Below are positions 8,742-18,390 of a stretch of 64,000 nucleotides of DNA, piece by piece; the stretch's first letter is position 1; each line of letters opens with the position of its first letter. The position numbers and the translations under genes were made by a program. The notes under the pieces were generated by a model. That model made no database searches. It had not been told where the DNA came from and was given only the letters and a program-made list of their open reading frames with translations. Origin of the DNA: Bdellovibrionota bacterium FG-1 (GTDB lineage: Bacteria; Bdellovibrionota; UBA1018); the NCBI GenBank assembly GCA_051382295.1, contig JBBCAW010000053.1:1-64000 (forward strand). The letters run 5' to 3'.

Positions 8742-11179
8742 CTGAAGAATTTTTTACTCAAATCTTCAACTGCTTTTTTAACCGCCGGTGGTGCCGCTTG
8801 AGGGATCACCGATTGAATTCTCTTTTGGACTTCGGATTTAACTCGTGCGCTCGCCGCCCCGCTCACATTGTTCAACGCTACCTTGGCCAGCTGTTCCGGA
8901 ACCTCGGTATAAGAATAACAGGGCTGCATACAGGTACAACCCGCATGCACCGTAAATTTCACCGGATTCGCGCCTTCGGCTAAAATATGGTCCACACGGG
9001 TGCCGGCAACGTCCACCGAAATATCACGAGCCTGGGTGAGGTTGTAGGTGTCCACCAGGTCCCAATTGGTTTTGAGTGAATAGTCCTTAAGACCCACCCA
9101 AGTATCGCCCTTGATGTCGATGCCTTGGTTCGGTGCCGCCTTGGCCACAAAGTCAGGAGCATGAAACATCCCATTATCGATCGTGAAACTGGAGGCAATC
9201 AGCGAATAAGTCGAAGCCCCGCCGCTGGGCTTAGCCAGCGTTTTGCCTTTGGCGGCAGGAATTTTTTCGCCGACTCGCTCAATGGCCTTATTCAAAGCAT
9301 CAGTGGCCACATGTGCAACGTCAATAGTGGCAAAGGTGGCGTTTTCCACCTTCAATAATCCTTTGGCTTTTAAGTTGGACTTAGCAGGCTCGGTATTGAA
9401 GCTCGCGCCAGAACCGTTGATGTCAAAATGGGCTTTGCCCACAAGCGTATTTTTAAACATCTGGACATTTTCGGCCACGGCCTCCTTGAGCTGAAGTCCA
9501 TCCATAATCGAACTAAAGGTATACGTCGGAGTTTTAGGCTTAAGCTGGGCCGCAAAGTTGGCCTTAATCGAACCACTCCAGATCTTCATGGCGAAACCCT
9601 CAAGTCCCGCCGTCAGATTTTTAAAATAAAGCCTGCCCACGAGGTCGGAAATTTTAATCCCCTTGGCTTTGATCATATTCATACGAGCGTTTAAGACAAA
9701 TGTCGCACCTGCGAGAGCCGGATTGGTCCGAAGCGGATCCAGCGAGGCATCGACGTCAACTGCGGCAATCTTGGGAGAAGTGGGTGTTCCGGGCGATGCC
9801 GGTGCAACTGAAGGATTCTGAGCGCCCGGTGCCGCCGCAGTCACAGGGGCCGCTGGTGGAGGCCATTGAATGAGCTGATCGAGATCCAATCCCGAAGAGG
9901 TTAGCTCGAAGGCGGCCTGAGGCTGCGAAAAAGATATCAACTTGCCCTTGAGGGACAAATCATTGCCCGGGGCCTTCATCGTAATCTGAAGCTTTTGGAT
10001 TTCATCGGTAGCGACATCGACCTCAGCATCAAAGCGAGGCTGGCTCTTAAGGTTGGGTGCCTTGGCAGTCAAGCCATGAACTCCCAGTTTAGCCTTATAA
10101 TCGAGCCTATCCGAAGGCCCGTGCGCACTCGCTTCGATTTTTGCAACGCCAGCGAGATCAAATTCTTTGAGCATGGGGATCAACGTATTCCAAGATTTAA
10201 GATCAATCTCGTTTGAGACCATCTGCATTTCAACCACGGAAGTCGCATTCAGATTTTTGAGCGTACCGGTGGATTTGATTTCAGCGTTATGAAAGCGCGC
10301 AATGAGATGCTCCACTTTGGCCTCCTTGGGCGACACGCTCAGAGCAACATCGACATTGCACGGAACAGCCTTGGCCTTATGAAACAGGGTCCCCGAGGAC
10401 ATTTCGACTGCATCCAGATCGAGCTTCGCTCCAATGGTCACATGATCGAAATTCGAACCCTCCCACTCGGGTTTAATCTGAGCCGTGAGCCTTGCCGGTC
10501 CTTTGAGCGCAAAAGTTTTGCCCATCACCGTGTCAAGATCCGCCCAAAGTTCCAGCGAGGTGGCACGCATCAGCGATATGTCTTTGATGGCTAGATTGAG
10601 GTCTTTCACCTGCGTGGAAAGTCCGGTCCCTTGGTCCAAATAACTCAACAAGGCATTCTTGAGTTCTACACTCAGACTCCCCTTTGCAAAAAACGGAGGA
10701 AGTTCGATTTTTTGGGCTTGGGTAGGGTGGGCCGGTGGCTGAGTAGAAGTACCGCCGGACGGTTTTTGAGCGGATGGCGTTGCGGGTGCCACCTTCACTA
10801 ACCCCATGAGATTAAGCTTACCGAGCTTATCTTTGATGAGCACGACCTCCGGTTTTTCCATCTTAAAAATCAACTCAGGCGAACCCATCAAGATTGAGCT
10901 AAAAGGCAGGTGAAAAAATGCATCCTTGACGGAGACCAATGCATTTCCAGAGCTATCCTTGAGAGTAAGCCCTTGAACCTCGACCCGAATTTGCCCCCAC
11001 AGGGAAAGCGAAAGCTTACCTAAGTCAAGCTTACCGTTGATCTGCTCATTAGCCGCTTGCACAATTTGGGGTCGGTACTTATCGACATCAACCACGAGCG
11101 GAACGATAATTGCCGCAGTGAATAACAGAAGAAACAAAGAAACCAACCCGATCGAAAGCCATTTGAAGAATTTTTTCAT
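8738..11179 (-). CDS. AsmA family protein
   Basis: N-terminal anchor, then VDVDKYRPQI..G.L.L.LW; beta-rich repeats; 813 aa. Confidence 0.8.
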   Translation of the reverse strand: MKKFFKWLSIGLVSLFLLLFTAAIIVPLVVDVDKYRPQIVQAANEQINGKLDLGKLSLSLWGQIRVEVQGLTLKDSSGNALVSVKDAFFHLPFSSILMGSPELIFKMEKPEVVLIKDKLGKLNLMGLVKVAPATPSAQKPSGGTSTQPPAHPTQAQKIELPPFFAKGSLSVELKNALLSYLDQGTGLSTQVKDLNLAIKDISLMRATSLELWADLDTVMGKTFALKGPARLTAQIKPEWEGSNFDHVTIGAKLDLDAVEMSSGTLFHKAKAVPCNVDVALSVSPKEAKVEHLIARFHNAEIKSTGTLKNLNATSVVEMQMVSNEIDLKSWNTLIPMLKEFDLAGVAKIEASAHGPSDRLDYKAKLGVHGLTAKAPNLKSQPRFDAEVDVATDEIQKLQITMKAPGNDLSLKGKLISFSQPQAAFELTSSGLDLDQLIQWPPPAAPVTAAAPGAQNPSVAPASPGTPTSPKIAAVDVDASLDPLRTNPALAGATFVLNARMNMIKAKGIKISDLVGRLYFKNLTAGLEGFAMKIWSGSIKANFAAQLKPKTPTYTFSSIMDGLQLKEAVAENVQMFKNTLVGKAHFDINGSGASFNTEPAKSNLKAKGLLKVENATFATIDVAHVATDALNKAIERVGEKIPAAKGKTLAKPSGGASTYSLIASSFTIDNGMFHAPDFVAKAAPNQGIDIKGDTWVGLKDYSLKTNWDLVDTYNLTQARDISVDVAGTRVDHILAEGANPVKFTVHAGCTCMQPCYSYTEVPEQLAKVALNNVSGAASARVKSEVQKRIQSVIPQAAPPAVKKAVEDLSKKFFR

Positions 11180-12645
11180 GATGAAAGCCTCTTTTTAATC
11201 AGTTCTTGCAGCATTTGGGGATTCGCCTTTCCGCCGGAGCGTTTCATGACCTGCCCCACTAAAAAGCCAATCACTTTTTCTTTGCCTGATTTAAGTTCGG
11301 CGACCTGAGCTGGAAACTCCGCTAAAACCTGATCCACGACGGGTGCCAACGCCCCCAAATCGCTCACCTGCCTGAGCCCCGCTCGTTCGACAATCTTGGC
11401 CACAGGATCGCCGGTTTTCCACACTTCCGCAATCGCAGTTTTTGCCCCAGTACTGGAGATCGCCTGCGCACACACGAGCCGCAATATCTCAGCCAAGTGG
11501 CTGGGCGTGAGCTTGGCTTGCCCCAGTTCAACCGTGTCTTCGTTGAGCAAGCGAATCACTTCACCCGTCATGAGATTGGCAGTCGGCTTCGCGGTCCCCC
11601 CGGGATCTTGAAGTTCGGCAAGCGTCGCCTCAAAAAAGCGAGCGAAAGCCATTGATCCAGTCAAAACTGAGGCATCCAGGGAACTGAGGCCAAACTCGCG
11701 AATATACCGGTCTTTCTTTTGAGCAGGAAGTTCAGGAAGAGCTTGTCGAAGAACATCGATTTGTGCTGCCGATATCTGAACATCAATGAGATCCGGGTCC
11801 GGAAAATAACGATAATCCTCGGCTTCTTCTTTGGAACGCATGGAAGCCGTGGCATTTCTGGCCGAATCGTAAAGACGGGTTTCCTGAATCACCCGTCCTC
11901 CCGCCTTAACGACTTCGATCTGTCTGGCGATTTCAAAATCGATGGATTTCTCGATAAACCGAAAAGAATTGACGTTTTTGATCTCAACGCGTGTCCCCAG
12001 CTTTTGAGCGCCCCGGAGGCGAACACTCACATTGGCGTCACAGCGAAAATTGCCGTTTTGCATATTGCCATCGCAAATTTCCAAAGCAGTCACGATCGCA
12101 TGCAAGGAACGTAAATAGGCACCCGCCTCTTCGGAACTGCGCAAATCCGGCTCACTCACGATTTCGATCAGGGGAACCCCCGCCCGATTCAGATTAACCA
12201 GGGAGTAACCCGCCATGTGCACATTCTTGCCGGCGTCCTCTTCCATGTGAATACGATGAATACCGATTTTTCGCTTCAAATCGCTGCCGGTCTCGATTTC
12301 AAGCCAGCCTTTTTCGCAGATCGGCTTTTCAAACTGACTAATTTGATAACCCCGCGGCAAATCGGGATAGAAATAATTTTTCCGAGCAAAAACGTTTCGT
12401 TGACGAATCTCACAACCCGTCGCGAGCCCCGCTTTGATCGCGTATTCAACGACTTTACGATTGAGAACCGGGAGGGTTCCGGGATGCCCCGCGCAGATCG
12501 GACATACATGAACATTGGAGGCTAACGCACCTGAATCAGTCCCCTCACTCAACCGTGCCCGGCAAGCGCAAAAAATCTTGGTTTCAGTCGAAAGCTGACA
12601 GTGCACCTCAAGACCAATCACGGCTTCAAATTCCAAATCAGCCAT
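11176..12645 (-). CDS. gatB: Asp/Glu-tRNA amidotransferase subunit B
   Basis: IGLEVHCQL, RKNYFYPDLP, RSKEEAEDYRYFPDPDL. Confidence 0.97.
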   Translation of the reverse strand: MADLEFEAVIGLEVHCQLSTETKIFCACRARLSEGTDSGALASNVHVCPICAGHPGTLPVLNRKVVEYAIKAGLATGCEIRQRNVFARKNYFYPDLPRGYQISQFEKPICEKGWLEIETGSDLKRKIGIHRIHMEEDAGKNVHMAGYSLVNLNRAGVPLIEIVSEPDLRSSEEAGAYLRSLHAIVTALEICDGNMQNGNFRCDANVSVRLRGAQKLGTRVEIKNVNSFRFIEKSIDFEIARQIEVVKAGGRVIQETRLYDSARNATASMRSKEEAEDYRYFPDPDLIDVQISAAQIDVLRQALPELPAQKKDRYIREFGLSSLDASVLTGSMAFARFFEATLAELQDPGGTAKPTANLMTGEVIRLLNEDTVELGQAKLTPSHLAEILRLVCAQAISSTGAKTAIAEVWKTGDPVAKIVERAGLRQVSDLGALAPVVDQVLAEFPAQVAELKSGKEKVIGFLVGQVMKRSGGKANPQMLQELIKKRLSS

Positions 12646-12648
12646 GAC

Positions 12649-14121
12649 TCAGATCCTCCCCTTTTCAAAAGCTGCGGCAACCGAAATCAACCGATCCTCT
12701 CCAAACGCAGGTGCCATGAGCTGTAGGCCGATGGGCAAACCCTGGACATCCTGGCCACAGGGGACACTGATGGCCGGGATGCCCGCCAAGTTAGCCGGTA
12801 CCGTGAAAATATCGTTGAGATACATCTGGAGAGGCTCACTGATTTTTTCACCTATTTTGAAAGCCGTTGAAACGGAGATGGGACCCGCAATCAAATCTAC
12901 CTTCTCAAATGCCTGATCGAAATCCTGCTTGATGAGACGCCTGACTTGGCAAGCCCGGCCATAGTACTGGTCCGCATACCCCGCCGACAAAGCAAACGTG
13001 CCCAAGATGATACGCCGCTTAACCTCAGGTCCGAATTGAGATCGAACTTTTTTATAAAAAGTAGTGAGATCTCCGGCCTCGATGGCCGCTGGAGGACGAA
13101 CCCCAAAACGGACGCCATCGAATCTCGAAAGATTGCTCGATGCTTCGCTCATGGCCACGACGTAATACACGGCTACGGCATAGCGCGTGTGTGGCAAAGA
13201 AAGCGGCACTAACGTTGCGCCCTGTTTGGCAAACCACTCGACCGAAGCCTGAAGAGCTTTTTCGACTTCTGGAGAAAGCCCTCCCGACCAGTACTCTTGA
13301 GGAATTCCAATCCGCAAGCGCTTCCAATCTGGGGACAACTGAACAGCTTGAGCAGTTTGAACAGCCGGTACCGGAGCCGAGGTCGAATCCAGGGGATCAT
13401 GACCAGACATCACATCAAAAAGAGTAGCGGCATCCTCTACCGTGCGGGTCATCGGCCCGACCTGATCAAGACTTGAGGCAAAAGCCACTAAGCCAAACCG
13501 ACTCACTCGACCATAGGTCGGTTTGAGCCCGACAATGCCGCAATAGCTCGCCGGAAGTCGAATGGAGCCTCCGGTATCCGACCCGATAGCTGCGGCACAA
13601 AGCCCCGCTCCAACCGCCGTGGCCGACCCCCCACTGGAGCCACCCGGAACCCGATCCGGATGCGTGGGATGACGAACCGGCCCGAAAGCCGAATTTTCAT
13701 TCGAACCGCCCATGGCAAACTCATCCAGACTGGTCTTTCCAAGAGTAATGGCCCCTGCAGTCTCCAGACGCCCGACCACCGTGGCCGTATAGGGAGGAAT
13801 GTAATTTTTCAAAATTCGTGACGCGCAGGTCGTCCGTACGCCCTCAATCACCAAATTGTCCTTAACTGCCAAAGGCACCCCAAGAAGTGGAAACGCTAAG
13901 CGAGGAACCCTGCCTGCACGAGCAATCAGCTCGTCGGCACGCTTGGCCTGCTCAAGCGCTCGTGGTTCACAAAAGGTGAGATAAGCTCCCTGGGTACTCA
14001 CCCGGGCCGCATCGAGATAACTCCGAGTTAGCTCGAGCGCGGAAATCTTTTTTTGGTCCAGGGCATCATGTATGGCTCGAACGCTATTGAATTCTTTTAT
14101 TGGCATAGGAGGGGTTCTCAA
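12649..14121 (-). CDS. gatA: Asp/Glu-tRNA amidotransferase subunit A
   Basis: Amidase signature GGSSGGSA, GSDTGGSIRLPA; alternative start 14106. Confidence 0.97.
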   Translation of the reverse strand: MRTPPMPIKEFNSVRAIHDALDQKKISALELTRSYLDAARVSTQGAYLTFCEPRALEQAKRADELIARAGRVPRLAFPLLGVPLAVKDNLVIEGVRTTCASRILKNYIPPYTATVVGRLETAGAITLGKTSLDEFAMGGSNENSAFGPVRHPTHPDRVPGGSSGGSATAVGAGLCAAAIGSDTGGSIRLPASYCGIVGLKPTYGRVSRFGLVAFASSLDQVGPMTRTVEDAATLFDVMSGHDPLDSTSAPVPAVQTAQAVQLSPDWKRLRIGIPQEYWSGGLSPEVEKALQASVEWFAKQGATLVPLSLPHTRYAVAVYYVVAMSEASSNLSRFDGVRFGVRPPAAIEAGDLTTFYKKVRSQFGPEVKRRIILGTFALSAGYADQYYGRACQVRRLIKQDFDQAFEKVDLIAGPISVSTAFKIGEKISEPLQMYLNDIFTVPANLAGIPAISVPCGQDVQGLPIGLQLMAPAFGEDRLISVAAAFEKGRI

Positions 14122-14408
14122 AGGATAGGCGGAACTTTGTAGCCATCATATAAAGTTTCAGGGGCCGATTGTAGAATTTTGGGTTTACCCGCATCATCGA
14201 CGAGCGAGGGCTTCACCTCATCTTCGCGAAACTGCGTGGCCCATTCAAGCGGATGGACCATCGGCGCCACACCCCGCACATCGACTTCACCCAACAACTC
14301 GACATAAGAAATAATTTCACCCATTTGGGACGAAAAAAGCTCAATTTCAGACTCTGATAATTCGAGCCTTGCCAAATGAGCCATTCGCCGAGTTAGATTT
14401 TCGGACAT
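14118..14408 (-). CDS. gatC: Asp/Glu-tRNA amidotransferase subunit C
   Basis: AHLARL..., REDEV, YKVPPIL; upstream of gatA; GGAGG RBS. Confidence 0.92.
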   Translation of the reverse strand: MSENLTRRMAHLARLELSESEIELFSSQMGEIISYVELLGEVDVRGVAPMVHPLEWATQFREDEVKPSLVDDAGKPKILQSAPETLYDGYKVPPIL

Positions 14409-14421
14409 CAGTGCTCGCCTC

Positions 14422-16695
14422 CTAATGAGAGCCTTCAAGATAAACCGCCAAATACCTCGTTAAAAACTTGCGCTGCTGCCTTCCCCGAAACTCAATCGTC
14501 ACTTTTTGATCATCCCCGGACCCTTCGACGGCCAGGATCGTGCCCAACCCATACTCGGGGTGATCAATTTTTCGACCGACGATTTCGCTAGAATTTTTTG
14601 ATGGGCTAGAAGAAGGGCTAGAATTTCGGGCCTGGCCCCCGCCCATACCTCGACCATAATCTTTGAAATCGAGAAAATCTGCCGGAATTTCCTCAAAAAA
14701 TCGAGAGGGCTGGTTGTAAGAAACATTACCCCAAATTCGACGCATCACCGCATTCAATAAATAGAGATTCTCGCGCGCGCGGGTCATCCCCACATAACAA
14801 AGTCGACGCTCTTCTTCGATATCCTCCTCGGGAGTTTCCTCCCAAGATTTAATCGAAGGAAACAATCCCTCTTCCATGCCCACGAGAAAAACCACTGGAA
14901 ACTCCAACCCTTTGGACGAATGCAACGTCATCATCTTCACCGCCGACGCCGAAAAATCCTGCCGATCCGCATCGCTCGCTAAAGAAGACTGTTCAATAAA
15001 CACCGGTAAAAGTTGCGCCTTACTGGCGTCGTGCTCCTCGGAAGCACCGCCAAAAAACCCTTCCTCGAATTCTAGTAAAAGTGTGTCAAATTCGTCCAGA
15101 TTTTCAATGCGTGAACGTGCTTCATCCGTGGCCTCTTTTCTGAGGTCGTGCACATAACTCGTTTCGTCTAAAATGAGATGATAGAGTTCGCTCAGTAAAA
15201 CTTTGGGTTGCTCAGCGATCAAACGTTGGATCAAAACAACAAATTGCCCAAGCTTTCGTGCCGTGGCCGCCGACGTAATCGAGGGATCACTGGCGACTTG
15301 TTGGAGGGCTTCCCAATAGCTGACCGCGGGGGCCTCCGCTTGATTGAGTCCCGCATGAAAGGCATCGACCTTATCCATCGTGGTTTTTCCGATGCCTCGC
15401 GCCGGAACATTAATGATCCGTTTCAGACCAATGGAGTCGTCCGGATTCAGAATCACTTTGAGATAAGAAAGAATATCTTTAATTTCTTTGCGGTCATAAA
15501 AGCGTAAACCGCCCACAATTTGATAAGCGATTTTTTCACGGCGCAAAACATCTTCAAACTGCCGACTTTGGGCATTCGTGCGATAAAAAATCGAAAAATC
15601 GTTAAAGGGTCTGCCATCATCGCGAGCTAGACGCTTCACCTCCGAAATGACGAATTCCGCCTCCATCCTTTCGTCCGTCACCTGCGCGCGAACAATAGGC
15701 AGCCCTCGTTCATTTTCAGTCCAAAGCGTCTTATCCTTGCGTGACGTATTATTCTTGATGACATGACCAGCGGCCTCAATAATTATTTGCGTCGAACGAT
15801 AATTCTGTTCGAGCTTAACGACTTGAGCACCAGGAAACTCCGATTCAAAATCCAAAATATTGCGAATATCCGCGCCGCGCCACTTATAGATCGATTGATC
15901 CTCGTCTCCAACCACGCAAATATTGCCGTGTCCACCGTTCCGAGAATTTGCCAACATCATGAGTAATAAATATTGCGCGCGGTTCGTATCTTGATATTCA
16001 TCGACGTGAATATAGCGGAAGCGGTTCTGATACGTTTTGCGCACCTCGGGCAGATCCCGCAATAACCGATACGTCATACAAATAATTTCGCCAAAATCCA
16101 GCGCATTATTAGCAAATAAATCTTTTTGGTATTGCTCGTAAACTCGTTTAACCTGTCTCTCAAAGATATTGTGGTGAGCGGGCTCAAGCTCATGGGGCTC
16201 GATCGCGTCACATTTGGCGCGGTTGATCGCCCCTTGTACACCCTTAGGACTAAAAGCTTTTTCATCAATCTCCAGCTTAGACATCACGTCTTTAATAAGA
16301 GAAAGTTGATCTGAATCATCGTAAATAACAAAAGGCTTGGTAAAGGGGGTATTCGGCAATTCGCGCCTCAACAGACGCACACAAACCGAATGAAACGTCC
16401 CGATTTCAGGTACGCCAAGCTGAAAACCCCAGCGAGCCCCGTCGACCTGGGCATCCCACCCCAAGGTCCGCTCCACCCGATGGCGCATTTCGGCTGCGGC
16501 CTTGTTGGTGAATGTCATCGCCAAAATCTGATGCGGTTGCGCCCGGCGAGTCTCGATTAAATAAGCAATTCGAGAAGTCAGCATCTTGGTTTTTCCAGAG
16601 CCGGCCCCGGCAAGCACGATCAACGGACCTTCGGTAATCAGCACGGCCTCTCGCTGACGATCGTTGAGCTGATCAACAAAAGGGGGATTACTCAC
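14422..16695 (-). CDS. pcrA: UvrD/PcrA ATP-dependent DNA helicase
   Basis: AGAGSGKT, VDEYQDTN, LEQNYRST, MTLHSSKGLEF, EERRLCYVGMTRA. Confidence 0.95.
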   Translation of the reverse strand: MSNPPFVDQLNDRQREAVLITEGPLIVLAGAGSGKTKMLTSRIAYLIETRRAQPHQILAMTFTNKAAAEMRHRVERTLGWDAQVDGARWGFQLGVPEIGTFHSVCVRLLRRELPNTPFTKPFVIYDDSDQLSLIKDVMSKLEIDEKAFSPKGVQGAINRAKCDAIEPHELEPAHHNIFERQVKRVYEQYQKDLFANNALDFGEIICMTYRLLRDLPEVRKTYQNRFRYIHVDEYQDTNRAQYLLLMMLANSRNGGHGNICVVGDEDQSIYKWRGADIRNILDFESEFPGAQVVKLEQNYRSTQIIIEAAGHVIKNNTSRKDKTLWTENERGLPIVRAQVTDERMEAEFVISEVKRLARDDGRPFNDFSIFYRTNAQSRQFEDVLRREKIAYQIVGGLRFYDRKEIKDILSYLKVILNPDDSIGLKRIINVPARGIGKTTMDKVDAFHAGLNQAEAPAVSYWEALQQVASDPSITSAATARKLGQFVVLIQRLIAEQPKVLLSELYHLILDETSYVHDLRKEATDEARSRIENLDEFDTLLLEFEEGFFGGASEEHDASKAQLLPVFIEQSSLASDADRQDFSASAVKMMTLHSSKGLEFPVVFLVGMEEGLFPSIKSWEETPEEDIEEERRLCYVGMTRARENLYLLNAVMRRIWGNVSYNQPSRFFEEIPADFLDFKDYGRGMGGGQARNSSPSSSPSKNSSEIVGRKIDHPEYGLGTILAVEGSGDDQKVTIEFRGRQQRKFLTRYLAVYLEGSH

Positions 16696-18380
16696 TTCAA
16701 CCTCTCACTTTCAATGGCCAACGATCTTCTGGCTACTTCACGTTCATAAGCTAAACGAACACCATGTACAAACAGAAGGCCCACCACCCGATGATCGTCG
16801 CTCAAAACCGGCACGCAGGGAATTAAATCGAACACTCCTTGCGTGGCACTCAAGCGATCATTCACTCGAACAGCAGGCGGTTTAACGCCCGATCGATAGA
16901 GCAGATCTTTGGCTTCAAGCAGCCCCGCGAGCGGTGAATTGGAGGTATCGGACTGCGCTGTCCACGCCGCTTGGATCACATCGACGGTCAACAGGCCTAC
17001 ATAGATATTTTTTGAGTTCACGACCGGCAGAAACGGATAACGGGACCGAATTAACCGCGCATAAATGGCCGAAACCGGCTCTTGCTCGTGAATCACCTCA
17101 TGATCGGTGACCATCGCATCACGGACGGATACTGCCTCAAGGACGCTGGCCGAACGGCCCTGGATTAAAGCCATTCCCCGAGCCGCCAGATCGTATTCAA
17201 AAAGAGTATCCGTCTTTAAAAGCTGACGAACTCGTTCAGCCAGCAGTCCTGCGATCAAACAGGGCACCATGACATTCAAATTTCCGGTCATTTCATAGGC
17301 TAACACGCTGGCTGAGATCGGGGCTCCTAAGATCACTCCAAAAAATGCAGCGCCGCCAGCGAGGCCAGCAATCGAGGCCCCCCCTAATCCATGCAACAAA
17401 GACAGACTCAGGGCGTGCCCAAAAAAAACCCCAAGCACTAAAAGCGGTGAAAAGATCCCAAGCGAGCCAAACCCGGCAAGAATAATTGCCAAGGACAACG
17501 AGCGGCTCACCAAAAGAAACCAAGTTTCGGAAAGTCCCCGTTGATTCGACATCACCTGTTCAAGCAAAGTCAAATAAGGAGCGTGCCCGGACCGAAAAGT
17601 AAGAACCACCATAAAAAGTAAAACACCCGACGCGAGAATTCTCATCCACGTCTGAGTTTGAAAGAGATCCAATAAGCTCTCCTGCGTATAGCGAAAAGTT
17701 CGAATAAGTCCGGAGCCCAAGATGCCGGCGGCCACTCCAATCACGGCCGCGCTCACCGCAGCACTCAAAAAGGCAGGAAGACTGACCAGATCAACGTCGT
17801 AAAATGCCCCAGCAATGCTGGGGAAATGGAAGCCGACCCAGCTGGATAAGTATTTTCCCGTCAAAAATGCGGATAACGCCGAAATCACTGAAAGGATATG
17901 ACGGCCCCCCACTCCCATTTCAAGGGGCAATAATACCGCTGCAAACGGCGAGGCAAAAGCCGCCGCGACCCCCGCCGAAATCACGGTAGAAGCATCCGTT
18001 CGTCGCCTTTGCTCAAACCAACGAGACATTCGGGATCGCGAACGAATCGCAAAGGCTTGCCCCCATTCAATGGCGGCTCCCTCGGACCCAACGCCGCCCC
18101 CGCAAATGGTCAATAAAAACGAAATACAGCCACGCATGACCCATCGCAGAGGTGAATCCTGCGGGAACGGAGAGTGAATATGAATGAATAGATCGGCAAG
18201 GCCGTCATAGGACCGACTTCCTGCCCTACGATCTAGAATAAAGCGTTGAAGGAGCATCGCAACGGCAGCGACTCCTAGAATCAATACCGGTGCAAATACA
18301 AAAGGAAGATGGGCTTGAATCCAGGGAGGAATCAGTACGACCACCGCGGCCAATACACCCAAAATCACCGCTCCCGTCAC
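16692..18380 (-). CDS. ClC-family chloride channel/transporter with CBS domains (divergent)
   Basis: GVGSEGAA, GVAAAFASP, GAPIS..YEMTG, C-terminal CBS pair. Confidence 0.8.
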   Translation of the reverse strand: MTGAVILGVLAAVVVLIPPWIQAHLPFVFAPVLILGVAAVAMLLQRFILDRRAGSRSYDGLADLFIHIHSPFPQDSPLRWVMRGCISFLLTICGGGVGSEGAAIEWGQAFAIRSRSRMSRWFEQRRRTDASTVISAGVAAAFASPFAAVLLPLEMGVGGRHILSVISALSAFLTGKYLSSWVGFHFPSIAGAFYDVDLVSLPAFLSAAVSAAVIGVAAGILGSGLIRTFRYTQESLLDLFQTQTWMRILASGVLLFMVVLTFRSGHAPYLTLLEQVMSNQRGLSETWFLLVSRSLSLAIILAGFGSLGIFSPLLVLGVFFGHALSLSLLHGLGGASIAGLAGGAAFFGVILGAPISASVLAYEMTGNLNVMVPCLIAGLLAERVRQLLKTDTLFEYDLAARGMALIQGRSASVLEAVSVRDAMVTDHEVIHEQEPVSAIYARLIRSRYPFLPVVNSKNIYVGLLTVDVIQAAWTAQSDTSNSPLAGLLEAKDLLYRSGVKPPAVRVNDRLSATQGVFDLIPCVPVLSDDHRVVGLLFVHGVRLAYEREVARRSLAIESERLK

Positions 18381-18390
18381 GGCGCCCCCC

